Assembly (NCBI GenBank): GCA_051294375.1
Contig: CM119271.1
Span: forward strand, 12,949,039 to 13,013,038
Direction: 5' to 3'
DNA from: Paraspadella gotoi
Taxonomy: Eukaryota > Animalia > Chaetognatha
Length of the DNA: 64,000 nucleotides
Under the pieces are notes generated by a model. That model saw nothing but the letters and a program-made list of their open reading frames with translations. It was not told the origin of the DNA and did no database searches. How positions within the stretch are numbered: position 1 is the first letter of the stretch; each line of letters begins with the position of its first letter. Of this stretch, positions 1-11,139 are shown piece after piece. The translations under genes and the position numbers were made by a program.

Positions 1-195
1 TCGCAAATTATTTTAGAAATGAGGGAAGTCATTTTAAAAAAACATGCTCTAATCTAAGTTTTTAATTTGTTTGGTTCTTTTATGACTCAATGTTATGAAT
101 TTCCATTTCTTTTGTCACTAACCATTGTTGATGATTGGGTAAGCGCCGTTTCTTCTGGGTCGGTAACCATGTATAAGGCTCCTAAAGGGATTTAC

Positions 196-536
196 TTTTT
201 AGTTGCGTCGCGAATACTTGCGGGGCAACTCTATAAGTCACTTTTCGGTCAGTCTGTCGGTCGAGCGGCCGGTCTGTCGGCTATATAGTTGCTCATTTGT
301 TAAGACATCCAAAAAACCTCATATCTGATTGCGCCGCCTTCAGAAAATCCTAAATCTATAAAGAATAAAAGACAGAATTTCGATGCAGCGCGTGTCATAA
401 ATACACAGGCTAAGAAAGTTATGGTAGTCATGTAGTAATGTCATGTTGCGTCATGTCACATCATGTCATGTCAGGAGAAATACACGTGAAATTAAAGTCA
501 CTGCGGCGCAACACATTGGATGAACCAATCTTGTTT
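196..536 (+). mobile_element. Non-autonomous Helentron-associated interspersed element (HINE/DINE-1-like)
   Basis: T-rich flank, then AGTTGCGTCGC (201-211) with a nearby inverted copy GCAACT (225-230). Internal (GTCN)n and (GTCAT)n microsatellites. 3' subterminal inverted repeat GCGGCGCAAC (503-512), then an ATTGG..CCAAT stem-loop (515-529) and TTGTTT. Homologous copies at ~1.4-1.8, 20.7-21.1, 44.5-44.7 and 53.1-53.3 kb. This layout matches the known HINE/DINE-1 architecture. Confidence 0.65.
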
Positions 537-852
537 AGGTAATTATTTGATTCTGGCTTAGCCGAGAATATGACTGAATATGTATTTGTATCTTAAGATA
601 TATGATATACTACCCTAAAGGAGTCTGTAGAGACGAAATTTCTTTTAATAGCAATACTGATCAATACATAATATTTCTCAATTTATGTCATTTATTTAAT
701 ACGATTTGCTTTAATTCCTCAGTCCTTACCTCTTGGCTTGACGGGACAATCGGCGCTCCTCTTATTCATCCCTGTCTCATACTTTTCATTCTTCCGTTTT
801 CCTAAAAAGAAAAAAAAATTGCTCTTTTTTTCGAGAGTGTCTTATTTCTGAT

Positions 853-1022
853 CATCCTAATCCTGAACCGTAACCCTTAACCCTTATCCTTAATTTTTAA
901 ACCTAACCTTTAACTCTAACCACTAGGACGTAACCCAAAACCCTAACCCTAATCACTAACCAAGTCCCTCACCCTAAACCCTTAATTTATTTCCTAATCT
1001 AATCCCTAACCTTTAACCTAAT
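853..1022. repeat. Degenerate (CCCTAA)n-like interstitial repeat
   Basis: Run of cctaa/ccctaa/cccttaa variants, including ccctaaccctaa at ~941-952. Confidence 0.6.
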
Positions 1023-1416
1023 TATTAATTAAAAAAATTCATTCAATATCAAATTTAAGGTAGATTTGGGCATTCTGGAAAAATTAGGCCATAAAATGAT
1101 ATGAAATTAAAAAAAAAGTTTGAAAAAAAAATTCATCCATCTTGAATCTTTACCTCCCAGGACAAAATTTGATGGCGCCAACAACAACAAGAAAAACCAA
1201 ATGAAAAACTTCATTTTTTTCCCTATTTTTCCTTTTATTTTCAAAAATGACAAAAAGGGGAAAAAATATTTAAAAAAAAAAAAAATAAAAAAAAAGAAAT
1301 TAAAAAAAAAAATACAGAAATCAAAAAAGAGTTTCGCGGTAAAACGAATGCCTAAGAAACTTTGCTAAGCCAATTGTTTTTAATGACTAGTAAAAAGTGT
1401 AGAAAAAAGAACAGTA

Positions 1417-1806
1417 ATTCCAATGTGACTTTATTTTCACGGATTTCCCTTTGATCACGTGATACGACATGACATGACATGAATAAAAAACTTTCTTTGC
1501 CCGTGTATTTCTGACATGCACCGAAATTCCGTCTTTTATTCCTTATAGTTTTAGTCGGTCGGTCACTTTTTGGTCGGTCAGTCGGGTCGGTCGGTATGTC
1601 CGTTCGTCGGTCTGTCACACTTACGCAAAAAACGCTCATAACTGGCCTATAGTAAGTTGCTCATTTGTTAAGAAAGGAAAAATAATCCTCAAATCTAAGC
1701 GACCGCTAGCGCCGCCTTCGGGAAATCCTAAAACTATATGGAAATGCCAATGCACGGGCGAAGAAAGTCATCGCGGCGCCAGACTTTGGATGAACCCATC
1801 TTGTTT
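1417..1806. mobile_element. Rearranged HINE-like copy (inverted 3' half fused to a forward copy)
   Basis: 1417-1556 is the reverse complement of the element's 3' half. 1555-1806 is forward: (GTCG)n core, gttgctcatttgttaag, then gcggcgcc...ttggatgaacccatcttgtttt. Confidence 0.55.
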
Positions 1807-2319
1807 TCTCTCTTTCTCTCCCTCTTCTTTCTCCGCTCATTTCCTAGAAAAGCTTTTTTTTTTCCATTTTCACGATTATTCTAATTTCTTTTTTCTTCAT
1901 TTTTTTATCGTAAGCGTCTTTAGTTTAAAATCGCGAGAAACGGAAAGAATTATTTTCACACGACTAAAAATAATATGTTAATATTCTTCTTGTACGCATT
2001 AATCTAACACCATTATATATATATCGTCGTTGATCGTTTATATTTTAATGACGATGATGTGTCAGAAATGACAGAATTTTTGAAAAAAATTGAATAATTA
2101 TACATTTTCAGGTAGTTTTAATTGGTTTCAAAATTTACATTAAATATATTTTTTTACAAATGAAAATAATATTATATTTTTTTCGATTAAAAGCCACGAA
2201 ATTATCATTTTCTTTTCTATTTTTGTTTCGCGACTTTTCTTTTCTCTACTTTTCTTTTTTTTCCTGTTCTTCTATTTTTTTATCTTTTCTCCCGTCGAAA
2301 GCTAAATCCATCCATAAAA

Positions 2320-2321
<2 letters not shown>

Positions 2322-2355
<34 letters not shown>

Positions 2356-2534
2356 CTCTCTCTCTCCCCTTCTCTCTCTCTCTCTCTTCCTCTCTTCTCT
2401 CTCTCTCTCTCTCTCTATCTCGCCTTTTTCCCCCTACTGTTTTCCAGGATCCTAAAATAAAAACGGCGTCTGGCTTTCACTATCCAAGACTCCTCCTCTG
2501 CTCCTCCCCCTCCTTTCCCTCCTCTTCCTCCTCG

Positions 2535-2567
<33 letters not shown>

Positions 2568-2687
2568 CTCCTCCTTTCTCCTTTTACTCTTTTTAGCGAA
2601 AACTTTTTTTTCATTAAAAAAAAAAACCTTAAAACGTTGTTCCTTTGTCTAGATTTTTTTTTTCTTCTCCTATACTCCGTCGATACG

Positions 2688-2768
<81 letters not shown>
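2322..2768. repeat. (CT)n, (CCT)n and (AG)n microsatellite cluster, representative of dozens in the window
   Basis: Seen directly. These tracts generate the SLSL and RERE ORFs. Confidence 0.95.
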
Positions 2769-2770
<2 letters not shown>

Positions 2771-3450
2771 CTGTGCGCCATTGACGGCGTTAATGACCGA
2801 CGGAGGGCGCTGGCGACGTTTTTCCAGGCAATTTAGACAAAAAAAATGGGGGGAAAGCGACGAGGTAACAGGCGCTCAGTTGTAAAAGGGGTTGAAAACA
2901 GGCGGCGCCTGATAGTGAGGTAAGGAGTAGAAAAAGGCAAGGAAGGGTTAAGAGCGGGGATCGATCCGCGGGAAAGTTAAAAGCGAGAATGTTGCTGCCA
3001 GAACATTGCAATTATACAATAAAGGTACACAACGACTACTACGACGAAGACGACGACATATGACGATGAAGACGACGACGACGTAGACGAGGACAATGAA
3101 GATGACGATGAAGACGACGATAACGACGACGACGATAACGACTGCCGCTAACAGAGATTTACGCACCGAGTACAAGTCCATTACATCTCGATACGAAACC
3201 AAGGTCGTACGATGTTTTCCCTTTTTCTCCCCGCGTTTAAAAGAAGAGACGGTTGTTATTTGGATAAATATTGATTTATATTGAATATTTAATACTGATA
3301 AATTTTACTATGTATACTAATAATCTAATTAGCAAACGACCGACCGACCGACTGATCGACAGACGAAGAATCTTTCGCTCGAAAGAATTTCCATTTCTCT
3401 TCTTTGCTTTACTTTTCTAAATATCATCGAATCATCAATCATCTCTCTCC

Positions 3451-3481
<31 letters not shown>

Positions 3482-6400
3482 TGATGCGTCCGCTCCGTGC
3501 TCTCCTCTCATCTGTGACCACCGAACCGATCGGACGTAATGCTCCGTAATTTTCGTGATTTTTTTTTCTCAACTTTTCCCTCGAAAATAAGAAATCAATA
3601 TTTCTCAACATACTTTAAAATAATCTGTCTTTTCCGAAATGGGGGCTGAGCCGCCGCTGATAAAGCTATACATCTAATCTAATCTTCATAACAAACGTTA
3701 CACTCGTATAGTAAAAATCTAGTCTAATTGATCAATCACCGACCGGAAAAATCAAACTGACCTTAACCTTCGTCAGAGAAAAAGGGATCGAAATGGGCCC
3801 AACAAAAGGCAGAATCAAAAGTCAAATCAAAACTCCGGCCGGAAAAATACTTAAAAACGTGGAAAAGAAACACTGAAACTGTGAAACGAAATAGTGAAGA
3901 AAGTGCAAGAACCTGAAAATTTTACATACTCGTTTTCCACCCGGCCCGAAGAAAAACTGATAAGTGATATTTCCGGGGCTTATACAAACAAGGAATAGTA
4001 AAGAAGCGTTGTAAAAATGTTATTACAATTCATCATTACGATATGAGTTCAATGTGACGTTGGAGCAAGACCAAAACAAAAAGGCTCTAGATGTCGTTAG
4101 AAAATTCGTCAAAATTGCAACGATTCACAAATGGCTCCAACGATAAACCAAGCAATGGTAACTCAAAGCCAAATGTAAGTCACGAAGAACTGTTTTAAAC
4201 TCTCATCCGATCTCCCAACTGAATATTAGAAAATTCACACGGCCCAAAACTTCTCTTTCAGTAATTCACGTGGAGTACGTGAAGGAACGCTTTTTCAGGC
4301 TCTGAAGAGATTGAAGAAGTTAAAATTAACAGAGCAGGTGATCTCAATAATAACAGCGGGGAACGATAGAGGCTAACAATTCCCCTGCTAAACCAGAAAA
4401 CATGGATTCATGAGCACGATATACATTCACCTCCAAGAATCAATACTGTTCCCAAAACACTGTCCTCAACGACTTCGTCTTAATCCGAGGGGTTTGATCT
4501 GAATACAATGAACAGACGAAATAAAGACGGCTAATCTCAAAGTAAAGGTTTTCACGCCAAGCATCGGTAAAAAAACGATTAATAAACAGGACCAGGTCAG
4601 GAAACCATCGCTGGAATGTGAAAGTCACTCTACATTCACTGGAAAGAGAAAAAGAGACACTTCTTGGAAAAAGGTATCAACATTTTTTCATGAAGTCCAC
4701 AATGTCATTGATTACTTAAATGCTGATCGTGGGTATTAACAGTGTTTTAAATACTGTCAATCTTTTGGTCAATGGGCTCTCCGCTCGTCGTCTCCATTCA
4801 ACCTAGCAGACCGGGTATCCACGCAGAAAAAGAAGACTGGCGCAAATTAAATAAAAAATTTGTCGCCGAGTATCATGCAACATCTGTCACCGGCAGGAGC
4901 AGCACAATCAAAAGAAAATTATGACCCTAGACTTTGGAATGCTTTTATTAAAGATGCTCTCCGATATGGAAAACTATTGAAATAATCAAAACACTTAAGC
5001 ATAGATCTTGCAAGCTGGGGTATGATTATGTAAAACCCAATGCTTCATGCTTCATAATGTTGCCGATGACAAGCTTGTTGAGCTCTGCAACATATATATA
5101 AGTTGGTTTTCGTTTTGGGTACTTTCCGATGTGTGGACTGGCCCTGATGTCGTAGTGATTCCTAAAAGTGGTAAGACGCTACAAAGCTTGCCAGAATTAT
5201 CGAGCGACCATTAGCAGTTTTGTCTGTCTCCGGAAAACTCTTCGAATAGGGTTAATTCTTTGGGAGGGCGTATTACGAAATGTTAAAGCTTGCAGGTTGC
5301 AGAGAAACGTTCTCTCATCAGGATATCGAAAAAGGGGAATCTGCCCGCTGAAACATTGTCCGATTAGATTGAAGACCTCCCACAGAGTGCTGTTAAAAGC
5401 CAGACCGCGTGCAAGCCATACTTCGTCACTCCTCGATTACAAGCAAAAGCCTTTGATAATACATCCTGCATGATGGACCTTCGTTACAAGAGGCTAATTA
5501 GGTGTCGGAATATCTAAAATATGATTCGTCTTCTTAACCTCCTTTCTAACTAAGTAGAGCTTCTGCGTCGTCAGTTCGAACAGGTGAGCATAACAGGAGA
5601 GTTATGAATTCTGTGTGGATGCTCCACAGGAGCGGTTCTCAGTCCTGAATTATTGTGCTTCTTTACGGTCGGTGGACCTACCATTTGCTTGCCCAGGGCC
5701 GGAGGGCCCATTAGCATGATTCACCAATCATGCTCATCATGCTGCTACGTTAATCCGCGATCAAGTAATCAAGATCAAGAATCCAGATCAAATTTTAACC
5801 TCTCGATCAACCTGGCGATTTCAAGGTGGTGTTTGATGGTGTGTTTTGAAGAGTGGCTGGCACAATAATGCAGTACGACCTCAAGCTTGTGGGCTTCGAA
5901 TCAAAAGATCGCGCGATATAGCAGAAAAAGGCTCTTCCTCGCAACGGGAACTGTGTCATAACGTTGAAAGATGGTGGCGAAATGTGGTTTTTTAGATCTT
6001 TGTTCCAGATAAATTAATGTATAGGTTATTAGCACGAAGTTTTAAATCTTTTTAACTTTTTGCGTTAATTTAACACTTGTATTTGGTAGAAAAAGTCAAT
6101 GTGTGACAAACGGTAAAGTTTTTTTAGGGTGTAGTAATTGATAAAAAAAAACTTAGGCTTGGACATTTCACGTTTAACATGATTTATTTCCAACAAAGCA
6201 GAAATGTAAAATTCTTTGCAATCATATAGAACTGTTCGCGTTTTGTAAACTGGGAATAATTATCGTTGTAGGTTCATCAAGCTATTCTCAACACGTCTTA
6301 ATTAGTTGTCTCTATTTTTATACTCATTCTCCTTTGTTTGGCTGTCCTGCTGGTAATTATGCACTGATGAAAATTTTGATGCGCTTACAATTAAGGACCA

Positions 6401-6828
6401 GTTCGTTATGTTTTTCGAAATTTACCTAGGTCATACTCCTAACCTACTGCTGGCCAACAGTTAGATGCCGGCAGGCCAAATCATTATCTGACTATGGTTA
6501 AGGAAGCTTTGCTGTACGGGGAGATTGAAAAGAAATTATCCGAGGAAGATCCCTATTTGAACCGAATGCTATTAACTCATCATTAATTCTAGATACTAGT
6601 TTCGAGAACAATAACATTTCACACTATCTGAAACGCTGTTTGGGATGGGATTAATTTACAAAGGGGAAAATAGCAATGCATAAATTGTAATTGGAAGATT
6701 TCATGGATGAAATGCCTAAATTCGTAGAACTTAAATGTAATAAAGTAGCTTTTTATGGCCTATTGTTTTGATTTTGTGGCCTAAAGCCGCCGATTGAATA
6801 AATTCAAAAATTTCAAATTTCAAAATTC
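3482..6828 (+). mobile_element. Non-LTR retrotransposon (LINE) with APE endonuclease and reverse transcriptase, frameshifted in this sequence
   Basis: Motifs read across frames in the expected order: AGDLN (4334-4348, APE), GYFP..W (~5117-5136), VVIPKSGK (5152-5175), NYR..IS (~5196-5216), GKLFE (~5232-5246), LLD..KAFD (~5430-5457), PQGAVLSPEL-like (~5620-5653), W..HV (~6160-6175). AATAAA at 6797-6802 is followed by a (TTCAAA)-like tail. (CT)n flanks both sides. YADD is not cleanly readable and the clade is not assignable by eye. Confidence 0.85.
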
Positions 6829-7130
6829 TCGTCTCCATCTCTCTCTCAGTCATCTCTCTCCTCTCGCGTCTCTCTCGACTCGTTTCTGCTCCCGGAGTCT
6901 TCCGCCCCATTTAATTGCCGGCTACGCTCTTTACTGGCTCAGTTCTTCAGCTTCTTCCCCTTACTCGACTGGTGTCCTCCTCCTCGTTCCTTCCTGCTGC
7001 GTCTCGCTCCTGCTCCCTCCTCCCCTTCTTGCCTCTTCCTTCAGGGAAAATGGGCATGCTTCTTTTTCTGTGTTCGTGTCAGCAACATTTTTTTCTATCG
7101 ATGCGATTTTGGTTAATAAATCAAACGATC

Positions 7131-7334
7131 AATAAATCAACTGGTAGCCTATCTACCAAGCAAATCAATAAATCAACTGGTAGCCTATCTACCAAGCAAA
7201 TCAATCAATAAATCAACTGGCAGCCTATCTACCAAGCAAATAAATCACTTAATCAACTGGTAGCCTATCTACCAACCAAATCAATCACTTAATCAACTGG
7301 TAGCCTATCTACCAAGCAAATCAATCACTTAATC
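7131..7334. repeat. 40-bp minisatellite, 5 units (first unit 36 bp)
   Basis: Unit aatcaactggtagcctatctaccaagcaaatcaatcactt. Noisy second copy at ~15325-15540. Confidence 0.92.
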
Positions 7335-7730
7335 GACCAACCATATAACGAGAAAATCCCCCCAATCTATCAATTAATCTACTGATAGATCAGCTACTAA
7401 TAATAATCACTAAACCGATCAACCACTCAACCATCGACCTAGCAAATAACTCAATCAATCAATCAGTCATTCCATCTACTATTACTATCTACTAGTACTA
7501 ATGGAATCTCTTAACCGATCGATCAAATGATCAGTCGCCCTCCTTATTCGGCAATCTTCTACGGAATGATAATTTGTTAATTATTAGTTTTAATTTAATA
7601 ATTATTTTCGATAGACATTCACATGGTTGTTCGTTCACTCACCGATTCATTCATCTACTGAATCACTCGCTCATTGACACAACCACTTAACTGACCCTCT
7701 GAGCTCTCGCTCTGTCCACTCGACCCTCAA

Positions 7731-7762
<32 letters not shown>

Positions 7763-8130
7763 NNNNNNNNNNNNNNNNNNNNNNNNNNNNNNNNNNNNNN
7801 NNNNNNNNNNNNNNNNNNNNNNNNNNNNNNNNNNNNNNNNNNNNNNNNNNNNNNNNNNNNNNNNNNNNNNNNNNNNNNNNNNNNNNNNNNNNNNNNNNNN
7901 NNNNNNNNNNNNNNNNNNNNNNNNNNNNNNNNNNNNNNNNNNNNNCGTCGTCGTCGGTCTTTGCTGAGGACAAAGGACAATCGCCTTCAATTAAGCGAAA
8001 TGCAGATTACGGTTCCATCGTATCGGAGAAATATTAGGCGTCGTCGTCGTCGTCGTCGTCGTCGTCTTCAGATTGTAGCCATCGGTCTTAGTGTCCCGTT
8101 TCGCATTCAATTAAGCACCGGTTCAAATTA

Positions 8131-8166
<36 letters not shown>

Positions 8167-9304
8167 CATATTTTAATTCATTCCTTTTGCACATCGTTAT
8201 CGTCGTTGTCCTTGATGCGTCGTCGTCGTCGTCGTCGTTGGACTCATTGTCCTCCAAATGGAAAAAGGGACAGAGAGAGAGAGAGAGAGAGAGANNNNNN
8301 NNNNNNNNNNNNNNNNNNNNNNNNNNNNNNNNNNNNNNNNNNNNNNNNNNNNNNNNNNNNNNNNNNNNNNNNNNNNNNNNNNNNNNNNNNNNNNNNNNNN
8401 NNNNNNNNNNNNNNNNNNNNNNNNNNNNNNNNNNNNNNNNNNNNNNNNNNNNNNNNNNNNNNNNNNNNNNNNNNNNNNNNNNNNNNNNNNNNNNNNNNNN
8501 NNNNNNNNNNNNNNNNNNNNNNNNNNNNNNNNNNNNNNNNNNNNNNNNNNNNNNNNNNNNNNNNNNNNNNNNNNNNNNNNNNNNNNNNNNNNNNNNNNNN
8601 NNNNNNNNNNNNNNNNNNNNNNNNNNNNNNNNNNNNNNNNNNNNNNNNNNNNNNNNNNNNNNNNNNNNNNNNNNNNNNNNNNNNNNNNNNNNNNNNNNNN
8701 NNNNNNNNNNNNNNNNNNNNNNNNNNNNNNNNNNNNNNNNNNNNNNNNNNNNNNNNNNNNNNNNNNNNNNNNNNNNNNNNNNNNNNNNNNNNNNNNNNNN
8801 NNNNNNNNNNNNNNNNNNNNNNNNNNNNNNNNNNNNNNNNNNNNNNNNNNNNNNNNNNNNNNNNNNNNNNNNNNNNNNNNNNNNNNNNNNNNNNNNNNNN
8901 NNNNNNNNNNNNNNNNNNNNNNNNNNNNNNNNNNNNNNNNNNNNNNNNNNNNNNNNNNNNNNNNNNNNNNNNNNNNNNNNNNNNNNNNNNNNNNNNNNNN
9001 NNNNNNNNNNAGAGAGAGAGAGATTCTCCTTTAGTCTCATCGACTTTCGCCATAATTAATTTGTCACGTTCGCTACCAACGACACTTCAGGGACGAAAGG
9101 GAGAGAGAGACGGAGACGGTGAGAAAGAGAGCGAGATAGAGAGAGAGAGAGACAGAGATAGAGAGAGACAGAGACAGAGAGACCTTTTGACTTATATTTC
9201 CCCGTGAGCGTTTAAATGTTAACGTGTTTATATTTGGACAGCGATGATTTGTCATTCACGCTGTTGGTGTTGTTGTTGTTGTTATATTTAGGCATACTTT
9301 GCCT

Positions 9305-9342
<38 letters not shown>

Positions 9343-9440
9343 TTGAAAAGTCATTACATAGACGAGGTTGAATTCAGTGACAAGAGTCGCTTTGGGCGGA
9401 AATTCCTGTAGCCTGAGGTAGAGAGAGAGGGAGAGAGAGA

Positions 9441-9465
9441 NNNNNNNNNNNNNNNNNNNNNNNNN
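9441..9465. other. 25-N assembly spacer (one of seven)
   Basis: Exactly 25 Ns also at 17808-17832, 21155-21179, 38129-38153, 44983-45007, 51315-51339 and 62650-62674. Larger sized gaps at 7763-7945, 8295-9010, 20173-20460, 33275-33553 and 39017-39249. Confidence 0.95.
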
Positions 9466-9579
9466 AAAAGATGAGAGAAGGTGATCAAGACGTTGATGAT
9501 ACGAGAATCGTGTGGAGTCTACTGATTGATAAGTATAGTAGCAGCCGATTCTGATCTGTGTGATATGAGTACAAAGCAA

Positions 9580-10730
9580 GACGATTGTTGCATTAGGAGC
9601 AAAGCGATGGAGGCATCCGGAAGGGGCGGTGGCGTTGGGCGCCCGGGTTTAGGCGTCTAATGGATGAAGTCTGAAATAAGGTCCAATGATCCGATCTCAG
9701 CCTTTATTCTTCACTTTTTGCTTTTTTTCGGTTCGAACGAAAACGTAAGAATTCGCCTGAAAATTAAGTAAATCGCTGGATTCAGGAAATATGAGGATGT
9801 GACTCGAGAGCGAGATAACGTAAGAGTGAGACCAAGTCTGCGGGTCCCACCTGAGGAGATCCCAATATTCTATGAAGTCGTTTGGTCCTAATTGATGTTC
9901 ACCCGGACATAGTCACTCGTCTGTACGTTTGGAAGGAGGTGCTGATCCCTATAAGAATCTACCCAAATCCTAAATCTAATACGTGAAATCCGCCAAATCC
10001 TAAAACCATAGTTTTTTCTACCTAGATCACAAAGACTGGCCAAATAGTCCCCAAATCTATCTAAATCTTTTTTTGGTTTGCTTTGGAAATCATCAAAATC
10101 TAACCAAAAATCTAAAATCAAGTATTTCCAAATCTACCCAATCCTAAATCAATATCTCCCAAATCTAGACCACAATCCTAAATCTGATCGTCTGCAAAAT
10201 CTAACCTAATCCTGCAAAATCTTAATCTTGAAATCTAACGCAAAGTCTAATCTGATCTCCACCAATCTATCCGAAGCTAAATCAGATCTGCCATGAATGC
10301 TGCCAAACTCCACTAAATCTGGGTCCCCGAAATCTACCAATATCCTAATCTATGCTTCAAAATCTAGCTTAAATCTAAATCTGATCTCACAAAACTACAC
10401 TCTAAATCTCGATCTCGCAAATCTACCAAAATCCTAAATCAGATCCCGCAAAAATCTACCAAATCCTACAACTCTGGATTCATCCAAAGGTCTACTAAAT
10501 CCTAAACTCAGATCCCAAATCTAATCTCAATATCCTAAATCAAATCTCCAAAATCTACTAAATCTAAATCTGATCTCCAAATCTAACTAACCTAAACTCT
10601 TGATCCGCGCGAATATCTCCTTGCCATCGCAAATGCAAGTCGTCTCGCTTCAAGTCGACGAAGAGGCGTCGGACGTTGATTTACGCGTCGCGGTCGCACG
10701 CGCACTCGCCCGGTCGAGATAGGTTTGTAT
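9580..10730 (-). repeat. Noisy inverted copy of ~17860-18800, including the 29-bp array
   Basis: ggcatccggaaggggcggtggcgttgggcgcc (~9612) is the reverse complement of ~18739-18770. (aaatctaccaaatcctaaatctgatctcc)n variants occupy 9955-10605. Confidence 0.85.
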
Positions 10731-11139
10731 GGCGGATAATTAGCGAAGAGAAAGAGAGAAGAGAGACACGAGAGATGAACAGAGGACAGAGAAGAGAGCG
10801 GAGAGAGAGAGACAGAGACTAGGAGGAGAGAGAGAGAGAGAGAACAGAGGAGAGAGAGACAGGAGAACAGAGGACAGAGAGAGTCACAGAAAGACATATG
10901 AAGAAGCGTGATAGAGAACGCGAAGAAGCGCAGAAGAATTGTCCATCCTCTCTGTCTCTCTCTCGTAGATTCCTGTAGCCTGAGGTAGAGAGAGAGGTAG
11001 AGAGAGAGGGAGAGAGAGAGACAGAGACGGAGTGACAATTCTTCTCGCCGTTCTTCGCGTCTCTATCACGTCTATATATTCTTGTGACTCTCTCTCTCTC
11101 TCTCTGCCCTGCTCATCTAGATAACTAAACATCTGACAA

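Noticed and set aside
7131-7334. CRISPR-like array of palindromic repeats
   Set aside because: Linkers are near-identical rather than unique spacers, there are no cas genes, and the context is eukaryotic.
9412-9421. TGAGGTAG let-7-like seed
   Set aside because: Runs directly into (AG)n, with no mature let-7 sequence or precursor hairpin.
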